DNA of 64,000 nt, from assembly GCA_965198225.1 (NCBI GenBank), contig CBDAOY010000005.1, positions 800,001-864,000 on the forward strand, given 5' to 3'. Shown one piece after another: positions 43,556-55,014 of this stretch. The stretch's first letter is position 1. The number at the start of each line of letters is the position of its first letter. The notes beneath the pieces were generated by a model. That model did no database searches. It was not told where the DNA came from and saw only the letters and a program-made list of their open reading frames with translations. Source of the stretch: Terriglobia bacterium (lineage in GTDB: Bacteria > Acidobacteriota > Terriglobia > 20CM-2-55-15). Position numbers and translations under genes: made by a program.

Positions 43556-45156
43556 CAGCCTGTCGGACTTTTGGGACCGGAATTGGACGCCAGGCATGCC
43601 AGAAACAGGGGCATGAGCGAACGATTCCGAGCGGTCGATCGAGACACGCCGTACTTGTTGCCGCCGTCGGTCCAGGACTGGCTTCCGGAAGAGCACCTGG
43701 CGCGGTTCGTTGTAGAGGTGGTGTCGAAGCTGGACCTGCGTGACCTGGAGAAGGAGTACGCGGGGCGGGGTTCGAAGGCCTACCATCCGGAGATGCTGCT
43801 GGCGTTGCTGTTTTACGGATACGCGACGGGAGTGTTTGCGAGCCGGAAACTGGAACAGGCGACGTGGGATTCGCTGGCGTTCCGATATATCGCGGCGAAC
43901 ACGCATCCGGATCACGACACGATCGCGGCGTTTCGGAAGCGGTTCCTGAAGCAGTTGAAGCCGTTGTTCGTGCAGATTCTTCTCCTGGCGCGGACGATGG
44001 GGTTTTTGAAGCTGGGCAAGATCAGTCTGGATGGGAGCAAGGTCCAGGCGAATGCATCAAAACATAGCGCATTGAGTTGGGGGCACGCGACGGAACTGGA
44101 AGAACGATTGAAGGCGGAAGTGGCGCGGCTGATGGAGTTGGCGTCGGCGGCCGATGCGGACGTGCCCGATGGAATGGACATCCCGGCCGAACTGGAGCGG
44201 CGTGAGGACCGTCTCAAAGCGATCGCCGAGGCGAAAGCGAAGCTGGAAGCGCGGGCGGCCGAACGCCATGCCGCTGAGCAAGCCGAGTACGAGGCCAAGC
44301 GGTCCAAACGTGAAGCTCGGGTCAAACAGCAGGGACGGTGTCCCGGCGGGCGGGCCCCCCAACCGCCGGCACCGGGAGTGCGGAACAGCGACCAGATCAA
44401 TCTTACCGATGAGGAATCGCGGATCATGCCGGCGGGCGGGAAGAGTTTCCAACAGGCCTACAATGTGCAGGCGGGCGTCGATACCGAAAGCATGCTGGTG
44501 GTCACCGAATCCGTCACCACACACGCCAACGACAAACAAGAAGTCGAGCCGACACTAAAGGCGCTGGAAGAACTCCCAGGACCACTTGGACGAGCCGAGG
44601 CGATACTGGCCGATAACGGTTACTACAGCGAAGCCAACGTCCGGGCCTGCGAGGCGGCGGGCGTGACGCCGTACATAGCGATGGGACGCGACCGCCATCA
44701 TCTGACGGTGGAACAACGTTGGGCCGAGCCCCCGCCTGGGGCGCCCGATGCGGGTCCGGTCGACGCGATGGCGCATCGGTTGTCGAGCGTCGATGGCCGG
44801 GCCATTTATGCCAAACGCAAGTCCACCGTCGAACCGGTATTTGGAATCGTCAAGTCCGTGTTGGGATTTCGGCAGTTTCACCTCAGGGGACTCGACGGGG
44901 CATCCGGAGAATGGACGCTGGTCAGCATGGCCTGGAATCTGAAACGGCTCTTCAATCTCACTCAGCAGTCCCCTCCCACAGCCGATCCACGCTCCAACGC
45001 CCGATCCTGGCCGGAAAGCCGCCTGGCTGGACCGCTGCACAAGCCCGTGGATCCAAAATCACAATCACTTTCGACGCTTTTCTTGCGAATGACCTCGGCA
45101 ATGTTCAATTATCGGATCGTCGATGCTCCACTGTCATTGCCAAGTCCGACAGGCTG
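43556..45156 (+). mobile_element. IS1182-family element, intact
   Basis: IRs CAGCCTGTCGGACTT / AAGTCCGACAGGCTG, CTAG on both sides; ~515-aa DDE transposase. Confidence 0.93.
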
Positions 45157-46446
45157 CTAGTAGCTGGAATGATCTTTGGAGTCGTGCCGGCATTGCGAAC
45201 GATGCGTCCGGATCTGATCGAAGTACTACAGGCGTCGGGCAGGGGAACGTCGATCAGCCGGGGGGTGCGGCGATTGAGCGACTTCATGGTCGCCGCTGAG
45301 GTGGCCCTGGCGGTCGTCCTGCTGGTGGGGGCCGGTCTGATGGTGGGCAGCCTCCTTCACCTGCTCGACACGAATCCGGGATTCCGGAAGAGCAACGTCG
45401 TGTCCGCGGTCGTGTCGCTTCCCCGGGCGCGGTATCCGGGACGTGAACAAATGCGACAGTTCTACGGCGACCTGGTGGGGCGTCTCGACGCGCTTCCCGA
45501 CGTCGAATCAGCCGGAGCCGTTTCGGCACTTCCGATGAGCGCGGTCGGAACCGACTTCAATCTTCCGTTTACCCCGCCGGGCCAGGAGATTGCTTCACCC
45601 AGCGAGAGACCGCGCGCCGGAACCCGCATCGTTATCCCGGGTTACTTCCGGGCGATGGGCATCCCGCTCATCAGAGGCCGCGTTCTCGACGAGTTCGACG
45701 GAAGGGAAGACGCGCGCCGTGGCGGGCTGATAAACGAGACCATGGCCCGCCTCTACTTCCGGGAGGTCGAGCCCCTTGGTCAGGTTCTCGCCGTACCGAT
45801 GATGGGCGATATCGAGATCGTCGGCATCGTCGGCGACGTCCGCCACGAAGGCCTGCAGGCCGAAGCCGGTCCCGAAATCTTTGTCCCGTTCAACGTGTTT
45901 CCCCAGCCCGAGATGCACGTTGTAGCCCACGCGACCGGCGATGCGAACAGCATGATCTCGACGATCCGCTCACAGATTCTACAGATCGACCCTCAGCAGC
46001 CGATCACCGAGTCTTCGAGTATCGAACGGTTGCTCTCGACATCGATCGCGCAGCCCCGTTTCAACATGGCGCTGCTGATCGGCCTGGCTTTCTGCGCCGT
46101 GGTGCTTGCCGCCGTGGGCATCTACGCCGTTGTTTCATACGCCGTGGCGAGACGGACGATGGAGATCGGGGTCCGGATGGCGCTTGGGTCGAGCCGGGAC
46201 CAGACGCTCAAGCTCATCGTGGGTGAAGCCCTACGCGTTGTCGCGGTCGGCGCTGCTATCGGTCTGGCCGGGGCTTTTGGCCTGGTTCGCCTGATCCAGA
46301 GCCTGCTCTACGAGGTCCAGCCAACGGACCCACCGACCTATGTCTCGGCGGTCTTCGTGGTTGTCCTCGTTGGCCTGATGGCCGCGATCGTCCCCGCCGT
46401 CCGCGCGACACAGGTGGACCCGGTCGTCGCGCTGCGCGAGGAGTAA
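45157..46446 (+). pseudogene. ADOP/MacB-type ABC permease, 3' half only
   Basis: AAEVALAVVLLVGAGLM, PGF, PGYFRAMGIPL, RRTMEIGVRMALG, VDPVVALREE; truncated by IS1182. Confidence 0.88.
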
Positions 46447-46692
46447 GGAATTCACCGCCCGCTTGGACGCGGGCTTCTCCAGGACCCCCTCCCCTCGATC
46501 TGTTTTGGATAAGGATGGTCCGAAATAGCATCTCGCTACGTGAGGTGGGCTCACACAGCCGGTGAGTCGCTCTTACCTCTTATGGAAGATTTTCTGTGGA
46601 AGCACTGCGAGATTGTGAGGCTCCAGCACGTATATTTATTGAAGGACTTACGGCAAGCGGCCGAGGACCTGGTTTCGACAAGGAGTTGAGTT

Positions 46693-46893
46693 TTGACAAA
46701 ACTGTTTCGTTCCCAGACCGACAAGAAGATTGCCGGCATCTGCGGCGGAATCGCGGAGGCCTACGTGCTCGACTCGAATCTGGTTCGAGTCGCCCTGGTT
46801 TTCCTTGGACTCGCTACCGGAGGGATACCCTTCCTGATTGCTTATCTGGTCGGTTGGATCATCATCCCAATCGGTTCTCGACACGTCGAATGA
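46693..46893 (+). CDS. PspC-domain membrane protein
   Basis: KLFRSQTDKKIAGICGGIAE..LVR..AYLVGWIIIP. Confidence 0.88.
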   Translation: MTKLFRSQTDKKIAGICGGIAEAYVLDSNLVRVALVFLGLATGGIPFLIAYLVGWIIIPIGSRHVE

Positions 46894-47846
46894 CACCCAA
46901 GCGACCGCGTCGCGTCCGTATCGGCATCTCGACCTGCCTGCTCGGAGACCGGGTCCGCTATGATGGGGGCCACAAGCGCGACACCTTCCTCGTCGACCGT
47001 TTTGGGAAATATGTCGAATGGGTGCCTGTCTGTCCCGAGGTAGAGGCGGGGATGTCGATACCCAGGGACTTCCTCCGACTGGTCGACGTCGGCGGGGAGG
47101 TTCGGATGGTCGCGCCGAACACGGGCCGGGACCACACGGCACAGATGCGGCGTTTTGCCCGGGCGCGCGTGCGGACGCTGTCGCAGGAAAGTCTGTCCGG
47201 GTACATCTTCAAGCGCAGTTCGCCGTCCTGCGGCGTCGAGCGGGTCAAGGTCTACAGAGACGGAATCCCAGGCGGAAGGGGCCGCGGCCTGTTCGCCTCG
47301 GCGTTGATCGAGGCGAGCCCCACCCTGCCGGTGGAAGAAGAGGGGCGGTTGAACGACCCCCGGCTGCGGGAGAACTTCGTGTCCCGCGTCTTCGCGCACC
47401 ATCGCTGGCACGAGTTGGGTCGAAAAACCCGCAAGGCAATGATGGAATACCACGCCGCACACAAATTCGTGTTGATGTCGCACAGCCAGCAGGGCATGCG
47501 GCGGCTGGGTGCGATGCTGGGCGGGGCAAAGGAGTATCCCGGAACGCGGGAGCTGACGGACGCCTACTGGGCGGAGTTCTCCGAGATCATGAAGCGAACG
47601 CCCTCACGCCGCAATCACACGAACGTGCTGCAGCATATCGCCGGGTTCGTTTCCGACAGGATCGACGCCGAGGATCGTGCGGAACTGCAGCAGGCGATCG
47701 AGCACTACCGACTGGAGCTGACGCCCTTGATCGTCCCCGTGACCCTGTTGCGTCACTACGTGCGGCGGCTGCGGATCGGGTACCTGCAGGGCCAGGTCTA
47801 TCTCGATCCGCACCCGGATGAACTGATGTTGTTGAACCAGCTGTGA
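46890..47846 (+). CDS. DUF523 + DUF1722 (YbgA-like) protein
   Basis: GISTCLLG..VRYDGGH, VCPEVE, SPSCG, EEEGRL, NVLQHIAG, YLDPHP. Confidence 0.9.
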   Translation: MTPKRPRRVRIGISTCLLGDRVRYDGGHKRDTFLVDRFGKYVEWVPVCPEVEAGMSIPRDFLRLVDVGGEVRMVAPNTGRDHTAQMRRFARARVRTLSQESLSGYIFKRSSPSCGVERVKVYRDGIPGGRGRGLFASALIEASPTLPVEEEGRLNDPRLRENFVSRVFAHHRWHELGRKTRKAMMEYHAAHKFVLMSHSQQGMRRLGAMLGGAKEYPGTRELTDAYWAEFSEIMKRTPSRRNHTNVLQHIAGFVSDRIDAEDRAELQQAIEHYRLELTPLIVPVTLLRHYVRRLRIGYLQGQVYLDPHPDELMLLNQL

Positions 47847-48331
47847 GCCTCGTCAGGAAGATACTCGCGGGCATTCTTATCTTCACCGTGATCGGCTACG
47901 GCGGCGTCCTCGTCGTTGTCGTGTCTTCACCTGAACCGCCATCGGGTTCCCACGACGGGCTGCTCCCGTGCCCGGAAAGTCCGAACTGCGTGTCGAGTCG
48001 CGCCTCAGCCGACGATTCGACCCATTTCATCGAGCCTTTCCGATTCCAGGGACTTACCGAAGAGGCCTGGACGGCTTTGAAGTCGGGCGTGTCGTCGCTG
48101 CCGCGAAGCACGATCGTGGGCGAGTCTTCGGGTTACCTGCACTTCGAGGTAAGAACGTTCATTTTCCGATTTATCGATGATGTCGAGTTCCTGCTCGTTG
48201 CCGACGAACAGACCATCCATATGCGGTCTGCCTCGAGGCTGGGCTATGGTGACCTGGGGGTGAACCGAAAGCGTGTGGAAACGATCAGGCAGATGCTGGA
48301 TCAGACCCGGACGTTCCGACGCCAACCGTGA
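47843..48331 (+). CDS. DUF1499 family protein
   Basis: LPCPESPNCVSS, FIDDVEF, RSASRLGYGDLGVNRKR. Confidence 0.9.
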   Translation: MSLVRKILAGILIFTVIGYGGVLVVVVSSPEPPSGSHDGLLPCPESPNCVSSRASADDSTHFIEPFRFQGLTEEAWTALKSGVSSLPRSTIVGESSGYLHFEVRTFIFRFIDDVEFLLVADEQTIHMRSASRLGYGDLGVNRKRVETIRQMLDQTRTFRRQP

Positions 48332-48846
48332 AGACATTCGAATTCCGCAACGAGATCTGGATTCCACGAACATCGAACGAAATCTTTGGCTTCTTTTCCG
48401 ACGCCGGCAATCTGGACTATCTGACCCCGGAGTGGCTGCACTTCCGAATCCTGACACCACGCCCGATCGCCATGGCGGAAGGCACGGAGATCGACTACTA
48501 CCTGCGGCTTCGCGGGCTGCCTCTCCGCTGGCGGAGCCGGATAACAACGTGGGATCCCCCGAATCTCTTCGTCGACGAACAGGTCCGCGGTCCCTATAGA
48601 AGTTGGATCCATGAACACCACTTCCGACCGACCGACGGCGGCACCATGGTCGAAGATCACGTCCGTTACGCCGTCTGGGGAGGCGTCGTCGCAAATCGAC
48701 TTCTGGTCGCACGCGACTTGGCGCGCATCTTTGCATACCGTAGCCGGCGGCTGGCCGAGCACTTCCCTCCAAATGACGACGCGGCTTCGACTCGACTTAC
48801 GGCTGCTCACTCACAAGCCCTTGATTCCAGCAGGCAACGTGACTAG
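48328..48846 (+). CDS. SRPBCC-family protein
   Basis: FFSDAGNL..LTP, FVDEQVRGPYRSWIHEHHF, IFAYR. Confidence 0.85.
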   Translation: MKTFEFRNEIWIPRTSNEIFGFFSDAGNLDYLTPEWLHFRILTPRPIAMAEGTEIDYYLRLRGLPLRWRSRITTWDPPNLFVDEQVRGPYRSWIHEHHFRPTDGGTMVEDHVRYAVWGGVVANRLLVARDLARIFAYRSRRLAEHFPPNDDAASTRLTAAHSQALDSSRQRD

Positions 48847-48882
48847 TATTCACACTTCATTCCAGAGGTTCGACCGTAGCCC

Positions 48883-49185
48883 ATGCATCTGACGCCAAGA
48901 GAAATCGAGAAGCTGATGATCTTTACCGCCGGGGAAGTCGCACGCAAACGCCGCGGCCGCGGGCTGAAGCTCAACTACCCGGAGGCGGTGGCGCTGATCA
49001 CGTCGGAAGTCCTGGAAGAGATCCGCAACGGGAAGACCGTTGCGGAGTTGATGGAGTTCGGAAGGACGATCCTGAAGGCCGATGAAGTGATGGAAGGCGT
49101 GCCCGAGATGATCCCCGAGATCCAGATCGAAGGAACGTTTCCGGACGGCACGAAGCTGGTTACGATTCACCACCCGATCACTTAG
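48883..49185 (+). CDS. ureA: Urease subunit gamma
   Basis: [34 protein letters not shown]. Confidence 0.97.
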   Translation: MHLTPREIEKLMIFTAGEVARKRRGRGLKLNYPEAVALITSEVLEEIRNGKTVAELMEFGRTILKADEVMEGVPEMIPEIQIEGTFPDGTKLVTIHHPIT

Positions 49186-49195
49186 AGAATCCCCG

Positions 49196-49564
49196 ATGAT
49201 TCCAGGCGAATACCAACTCCGGGACGAAGCGATCGAGGCGAATGCGGGCCGGGATACCGTCCGGTTGGAGGTTTCCAACCTTGGCGACCGACCCGTCCAG
49301 GTTGGCTCCCACTGCCATTTCTTCGAGTCCAACCGGTGGCTCGCGTTCGATCGCGAGAGAGCCTACGGGATGCGCTTGAACATTCCCGCCGGAACTGCGG
49401 TTCGCTTCGAGCCGGGCGACACGCGGGAGGTCGATCTTGTTGCGCTGGCCGGCGACCGTGTCGTGCACGGGATCAACGGGTTGGTGAACGGCAAGCTGGA
49501 TGATGCCGAGGTGAAGGCCCGTGCTCTTGCCGCTGCTGCTGCCTTCGAGAGGAAACCGGAATGA
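49196..49564 (+). CDS. ureB: Urease subunit beta
   Basis: [31 protein letters not shown]. Confidence 0.97.
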   Translation: MIPGEYQLRDEAIEANAGRDTVRLEVSNLGDRPVQVGSHCHFFESNRWLAFDRERAYGMRLNIPAGTAVRFEPGDTREVDLVALAGDRVVHGINGLVNGKLDDAEVKARALAAAAAFERKPE

Positions 49565-51264
49565 AGATCGACCGGTCCAGTTACGGGGAACATTTCGGAC
49601 CCACCACGGGCGATCGGGTGCGGCTCGGGGATACCGACCTGTTCATCGAGGTCGAATCGGACCACAGCGTCTACGGTGAGGAGGTCAAGTTCGGCGGAGG
49701 CAAGGTCATCCGCGACGGCATGGGGCAATCCGCGTCAGCGTCCCGCGAAGCCGGCTCTCCCGACCTCGTGATCACCAACGCGCTCGTCATCGATCATACG
49801 GGTATCTTCAAAGCCGACATCGCCGTTCGCGACGGCAGGATCTCCGCAATCGGCAAGGCCGGGAACCCCGACATCATGGATGGCGTTACCGAAGGGATGG
49901 CGATCAGCGCATCCACGGAGATTCTCGCGGGCGAGGGACGCATCGTCACGGCCGGCGGTATCGACGCCCACATCCATTTCATATCGCCGAATCAGATTCC
50001 GGAGGCATTCTATTCCGGCGTCACGACCCTGATCGGCGGTGGCACCGGGCCCGCGACGGGGACGAACGCGACGACCTGCACGCCCGGCCCGTGGAACATC
50101 CGACGCATGTACGAGGCGTCTGAGGCATTCCCGCTGAATTTTGGCTTTCTCGGGAAGGGGAACTCTTCGCTGCCAGGAGCTCTGGAAGAACAGATCCGAG
50201 CCGGCGCTCTCGGCCTGAAGCTCCATGAAGACTGGGGAACGACGCCGGCGGCGATTGATCAATGTCTGACAGTCGCCGACCGGTTCGACGTCCAGGTCGC
50301 GATCCACACCGATACGCTCAACGAAGCCGGGTTTGTAGAGGACACGATCGCTGCGTTCAAGGGAAGAACGATCCACACCTACCACACCGAGGGCGCCGGG
50401 GGCGGCCATGCTCCCGACATCATCCGCCTCTGCGGCGAATCGAACGTCCTGCCCTCCTCGACCAATCCCACGATGCCCTTCACGCGGAACACGATGGACG
50501 AGCACCTGGACATGCTGATGGTGTGCCACCATCTGTCGGCATCCATCCCTGAAGACGTCGCGTTTGCCGACTCGCGGATTCGAGCCGAAACGATCGCGGC
50601 CGAGGACATCCTGCACGACATGGGTGCTTTCAGCATCATGGCCTCCGACTCCCAGGCCATGGGCCGGATCGGTGAAGTCATCTGCCGGACCTGGCAGACA
50701 GCCGACAAGATGAAGAAGCAGCGCGGACGTGTCGACGAAACCGGTGACAATGACAACGTCCGGGCCAAGCGCTACGTGTCGAAGTACACGATCAACCCGG
50801 CGATCGCACACGGCATTGCCGGAACGGTGGGATCGGTCGAGGTCGGGAAGATGGCGGACCTGGTTCTGTGGAAACCGGCCTTCTTCGGCGTGAAGCCGGA
50901 GGTCATCGTGAAGGGTGGGTTCATCGCGGGGGCTGCCATGGGTGATGGGAACGCGTCGATCCCCACGCCGCAGCCCTACGTCTACCGGCCGATGTTCGGC
51001 CATCATGGCCAGGCGCTCGATTCGACTTCCGTGCACTTTGTTTCGCAGGCCGGGGTGGAGACCAACGGGCTCGACGGACTGCGCCGCAGACTCGACCCCG
51101 TCCGCGGCTGCCGTACACTCGGCAAGAAAGATCTCAAGTGGAACGATGCGACACCCAATATCGAAGTCAACCCGGAGACCTACGAAGTGCGCGCCGACGG
51201 TGAGCTGCTGACCTGCGACCCGGCCGAAATACTTCCCCTGGCGCAACGTTACTTCCTTTTCTGA
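49561..51264 (+). CDS. ureC: Urease subunit alpha
   Basis: [46 protein letters not shown]. Confidence 0.98.
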   Translation: MKIDRSSYGEHFGPTTGDRVRLGDTDLFIEVESDHSVYGEEVKFGGGKVIRDGMGQSASASREAGSPDLVITNALVIDHTGIFKADIAVRDGRISAIGKAGNPDIMDGVTEGMAISASTEILAGEGRIVTAGGIDAHIHFISPNQIPEAFYSGVTTLIGGGTGPATGTNATTCTPGPWNIRRMYEASEAFPLNFGFLGKGNSSLPGALEEQIRAGALGLKLHEDWGTTPAAIDQCLTVADRFDVQVAIHTDTLNEAGFVEDTIAAFKGRTIHTYHTEGAGGGHAPDIIRLCGESNVLPSSTNPTMPFTRNTMDEHLDMLMVCHHLSASIPEDVAFADSRIRAETIAAEDILHDMGAFSIMASDSQAMGRIGEVICRTWQTADKMKKQRGRVDETGDNDNVRAKRYVSKYTINPAIAHGIAGTVGSVEVGKMADLVLWKPAFFGVKPEVIVKGGFIAGAAMGDGNASIPTPQPYVYRPMFGHHGQALDSTSVHFVSQAGVETNGLDGLRRRLDPVRGCRTLGKKDLKWNDATPNIEVNPETYEVRADGELLTCDPAEILPLAQRYFLF

Positions 51265-51265
51265 C

Positions 51266-51718
51266 ATGACGGTGGTCGAACACGTGGCACGGGAGTACGC
51301 GCTTCAGGGAGAGCCGTCCGGTTATCGGCGGACCACGATGACGCTCCCACTTGAAGAGCGTCAGAAGACACACGGTCGACGGCGGTCCGACGACGGGATC
51401 GAATTCGCGATCTCACTCGAGCCGGGCCTGACACTCGGGGACGGGGACTGTCTGCTTCTCGAAGACGAGCGGGTCGCTGTCGTCGTCCGGGAGGCCGCCG
51501 AAGCGGTGTATGTCGTCCGTCCGCGGTCCGCACGGGAGTGGGCGTATTTCGCGTACCAGATCGGCAACCGGCATCAGAAACTCATGATCAGCGAGAAGGA
51601 ACTGGTGTGTTTGCAGGACCCGGCCGTCCGGAGCCTTTTCGAACAGTTGCATGTGGAGTACGTCGAGGACAGCAGACCCTTCACCCCGGCTACAGTAGCG
51701 GGCCATCATAGCCACTGA
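51266..51718 (+). CDS. ureE: Urease accessory protein UreE
   Basis: AYQIGNRH, His-containing C-terminus, position in the cluster. Confidence 0.88.
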   Translation: MTVVEHVAREYALQGEPSGYRRTTMTLPLEERQKTHGRRRSDDGIEFAISLEPGLTLGDGDCLLLEDERVAVVVREAAEAVYVVRPRSAREWAYFAYQIGNRHQKLMISEKELVCLQDPAVRSLFEQLHVEYVEDSRPFTPATVAGHHSH

Positions 51719-51740
51719 ACGGAACGCACCGCGAAGTGTA

Positions 51741-51806
51741 AGTGCGCTCTATGAGCGCACAGAAGTCTCGAGTTTGAAGATGTGCGGTCATAGACCGCAC
51801 CTACAC
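51741..51806. repeat. REP-like palindrome pair, copy 1
   Basis: GTGCGCTCTATGAGCGCAC and GTGCGGTCATAGACCGCACCTAC (GTAG foot on minus strand). Confidence 0.75.
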
Positions 51807-51825
51807 CGTTCTGGAGAAAACGCCG

Positions 51826-52512
51826 TTGGACTCAACTCAATTCCTCCAGATCCTCCAGCTTAGCGACGGCCTTTTCCCGATAGGGGCGTTCGCGTTTTCC
51901 GACGGACTGGAGACAGCTGCCCAGCGTGATGAAGTCGTGGATGCGGACGATGTTCGTGTCTGGCTCGAACATTATGTCCGTGACGTTTTCGGAAATTCGG
52001 AAGGACCCGCGCTCGTACAATCCATGGCCGCTTTTCCGGAGGACTGGAAGCGGCTCGAGCGGCTGGACCGCGAACTGACCGCGCTGAGACCTTCATCAGA
52101 GACGCGTGCGAGCAGCCGATCGCTGGGCCTTCGTCTGTTGAAAACGTGCGTCGAGCTCCATCCCGGTCGGGGTCTGGAAGACCTGCTGGAGCGAATCGGG
52201 TCCGGGCAGTGCCATGGAAACGTGGCTCTCGTGCACGGCGCCGTGTTCCGCGCGTTGGGGTTCGACGAAAAGGAAGCGCTCCTCGCGTTTGCGTACTCCC
52301 GTCTGTCGGGAACTGCGTCGGCGGCATTGAGGCTTGCCCCGGTCGGGCAGCAGGAGATACAGGGGGTTCTCAGCAACGTTCTTGGGCGCGTCCCGGACGT
52401 CGTGGACCAGATCCTGCGAAACCCCTTGAGATGCATGACGTCGTTCGTTCCCGTGATGGACGTTGCCCAGATGGAACACCGACATCTCTACAGCCGCCTG
52501 TTCCGGTCTTGA
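51826..52512 (+). CDS. ureF: Urease accessory protein UreF
   Basis: LQLSDGLFPIGAFAFSDGLE, HLYSRLFRS. Confidence 0.93.
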   Translation: MDSTQFLQILQLSDGLFPIGAFAFSDGLETAAQRDEVVDADDVRVWLEHYVRDVFGNSEGPALVQSMAAFPEDWKRLERLDRELTALRPSSETRASSRSLGLRLLKTCVELHPGRGLEDLLERIGSGQCHGNVALVHGAVFRALGFDEKEALLAFAYSRLSGTASAALRLAPVGQQEIQGVLSNVLGRVPDVVDQILRNPLRCMTSFVPVMDVAQMEHRHLYSRLFRS

Positions 52513-52533
52513 GTTTGGGAGAGACACCCCCGT

Positions 52534-53400
52534 ATGGATATCACCGTCCTCGTCAACCAGATCTTCTTCCCCTTCTGCATCATCACCATCATGTTCGCTC
52601 TCGGAACGACGCTCGAGGGCGCAGACTTCAAGCGGGTGGCGTTCAAGCCGAAGCCCGTGGTCCTGGGTCTCGTCGGGCAAATGATCCTGATGCCAGCGAC
52701 GGCGTTCTTGTTTACCGTTTTCGTCCCGATGGACCCGGCGGTCGCGATCGGTCTGATCATTCTTTCGGCCTGCCCCGGTGGCGTGACGTCCAACGCGATC
52801 GTCTTCGTTGCCCGCGCCGACCTTGCCCTGTCGGTGACGCTGACAGCGCTGTCGAGCAGCCTCACGACCGTCACCGTTCCGTTGATCGTGTCTGCGGGCC
52901 TGCGGCTTCATGCCGGCGGCGGACAGGAATTCTCGATGCCGGTGCTGGACACGATGATCCGGCTGTTCCTGTTCACGATACTGCCCATGTCGATCGGAAT
53001 GTCTTTCAAGCGGTGGGCTCCTGCCATCGAAGCCGCATGGCGCAAATCGCTGCGCCTGTTCACCCTGCTCGTGATGATCGCGATGGTCTCGGTGGGAACT
53101 TTCACGTCGGTGGATTTCCTGGCGAGCAACCTTTTCGGCATGGTTCTCGCGACGCTCGGACTCGTAGTCATGACGATGTCGTTAGGCTACCTGCTGGCCC
53201 GGATCTTCCGTCTGGACAAACAACAGGGAGTCACGATCTCGGTGGAAGTTGGGGTGCAAAACGTGGCAGTAGCGCTCGTCGTTGCCATGACGATCCTCGA
53301 TCGCCGCGAACTGGCCGTGACGCCGGGGATCTACGGTGTAATCATGTATGTGGTAGTTACGATCTTCCTGGTGTCGATGCGGAGGAGAAAACGCCTATAA
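52534..53400 (+). CDS. Bile acid:sodium symporter (BASS/SBF) family transporter
   Basis: MFALG, GLVGQ..MP, ACPGGVTSN, ALSVTLT, EVGVQN. Confidence 0.88.
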   Translation: MDITVLVNQIFFPFCIITIMFALGTTLEGADFKRVAFKPKPVVLGLVGQMILMPATAFLFTVFVPMDPAVAIGLIILSACPGGVTSNAIVFVARADLALSVTLTALSSSLTTVTVPLIVSAGLRLHAGGGQEFSMPVLDTMIRLFLFTILPMSIGMSFKRWAPAIEAAWRKSLRLFTLLVMIAMVSVGTFTSVDFLASNLFGMVLATLGLVVMTMSLGYLLARIFRLDKQQGVTISVEVGVQNVAVALVVAMTILDRRELAVTPGIYGVIMYVVVTIFLVSMRRRKRL

Positions 53401-53454
53401 CAGGCCACTACCAGTGTGTAGGGACCGCTCGCCTGCAACCGGAGAAACAATGCA

Positions 53455-54093
53455 ATGAGAAAGCCCGTGCGTATCGGAATCGGAGGACCTGTTGGTTCGG
53501 GAAAAACCGCTCTTGTGGACTGTCTCTGCAAGAACATGCGCGACGACTACCGTCTAGGGGTCGTGACGAACGACATCTTCACCCGCGAAGACATGGAGTT
53601 CCTTGTCCGGAGTGAGGCTCTGCCGCCAGACCGGCTGATGGCGGTCGAGACCGGCGGTTGTCCGCACACGGCGATCCGTGAGGACGCGTCGCTGAACTTC
53701 GAGGCGATCGAGAAGATGGTTGCCCGGTTTCCGGACCTGGAGATTCTCTTCCTGGAGAGTGGGGGAGACAACCTTGCTGCCAGCTTCTCACCGGAGCTGG
53801 TCGATGCCTCGATATACGTCATCGACGTGTCGGGCGGCGACAAGATCCCACGGAAGGGCGGCCCGGGCATCACGCGCTCCGACCTCCTGGTCATCAACAA
53901 AACCGACCTCGCACCGCATGTCGGCGCAGATCTGGGGGTCATGGACCGTGATTCCCGAAGGATGCGCGGGGACCGGCCGTTCGTGTTCACAAACTTGAAG
54001 ATGCAGGAAGGCGTCGACGGCGTCGCGTCCTGGATCCGTCGCGAGCTCCTTTTTGAAGATGTCGAGCTTTCCTCTTCCGTCTCCCGAGCCTGA
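53455..54093 (+). CDS. ureG: Urease accessory GTPase UreG
   Basis: [35 protein letters not shown]. Confidence 0.97.
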   Translation: MRKPVRIGIGGPVGSGKTALVDCLCKNMRDDYRLGVVTNDIFTREDMEFLVRSEALPPDRLMAVETGGCPHTAIREDASLNFEAIEKMVARFPDLEILFLESGGDNLAASFSPELVDASIYVIDVSGGDKIPRKGGPGITRSDLLVINKTDLAPHVGADLGVMDRDSRRMRGDRPFVFTNLKMQEGVDGVASWIRRELLFEDVELSSSVSRA

Positions 54094-54931
54094 GGGGCGG
54101 GTCAACCCTCTACCTGTCCGAGACGTCGGGCGGTCCGGCCGTCTCGACATGCGCTTCAGCGTCCGACGTGGCCGGACGGTCCTGGGCCGTCTGTATCACG
54201 AATCCCCGTTCAAGGTGACCCGGGCGCACTATTCTCCCGCCTCCTCCCTGGCTCGCGTGATCGTGATGCACTCGAGCCCCGGCCTATTCGGAGGCGATCG
54301 GCTGGAGGCGCGGATTCACGTCGAGGCCGGCGCCCGGGCCCTCGTGACCTCGCAGTCGGCGATGAAGATCCACCCTTCCGGTATCGCGCCGGCGTGCCAG
54401 TCGCTTCGAATCGCAGTCGAGACCGGCGGCGAGCTGCACTACTACGTCGACCCGGTCATCCCATTTGCCGACAGCCGCCTCCGGCAGGACATCCGGGTTG
54501 AACTGGGAACCGGTGCCCGTTTCTACTATTGGGATGGACTGATGGCCGGCCGCGTCCGAAGAGGCGAGAGCTGGCGCTTCGCCGAACTACGCTCGGAGAC
54601 CTCGGTCTTTGTAGATGCCGAACTCGCCTACCTGGACCGGTTTGAGCTGCGAGGATCCGACGAGTCTCCCACGGGGCGATGGGCGATGGACCAGCACGGG
54701 TACATGGCGACCGCGGTCGCTTACGCTCCATCTATCGACGAGGAAAGACTCGCATCCATCCGTTCCGACATCGTCTCGTCGGACGATTGCTTCGCCTGCG
54801 GCCTCGACGTTCCTTTCGAACGACTAATGATCGGCCGTTTCCTGGCAGACAACGGAGCAACCTTCAGAAAGGCCAGGGAACGCTACGAGCTTACGATTTC
54901 CCGACATCTAGTAGCCGAGCCAGATTGTTAA
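54053..54931 (+). CDS. ureD: Urease accessory protein UreD/UreH
   Basis: [36 protein letters not shown]. Confidence 0.88.
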   Translation: MKMSSFPLPSPEPEGRVNPLPVRDVGRSGRLDMRFSVRRGRTVLGRLYHESPFKVTRAHYSPASSLARVIVMHSSPGLFGGDRLEARIHVEAGARALVTSQSAMKIHPSGIAPACQSLRIAVETGGELHYYVDPVIPFADSRLRQDIRVELGTGARFYYWDGLMAGRVRRGESWRFAELRSETSVFVDAELAYLDRFELRGSDESPTGRWAMDQHGYMATAVAYAPSIDEERLASIRSDIVSSDDCFACGLDVPFERLMIGRFLADNGATFRKARERYELTISRHLVAEPDC

Positions 54932-54937
54932 GTGTCG

Positions 54938-55000
54938 GTGCGCTCTATGAGCGCACGTCCTCGCAATGAGACAATGTGCGGTCATAGACCGCACCTACAC
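54938..55000. repeat. REP-like palindrome pair, copy 2
   Basis: Same two palindromes as 51741-51806 with a different spacer. Confidence 0.75.
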
Positions 55001-55014
55001 GAGTAGCGATTCCC

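Noticed and set aside
44719-46446. 575-aa ORF as a full-length permease
   Set aside because: The first ~146 codons are an alternative frame of the IS1182; only the permease 3' half is real.
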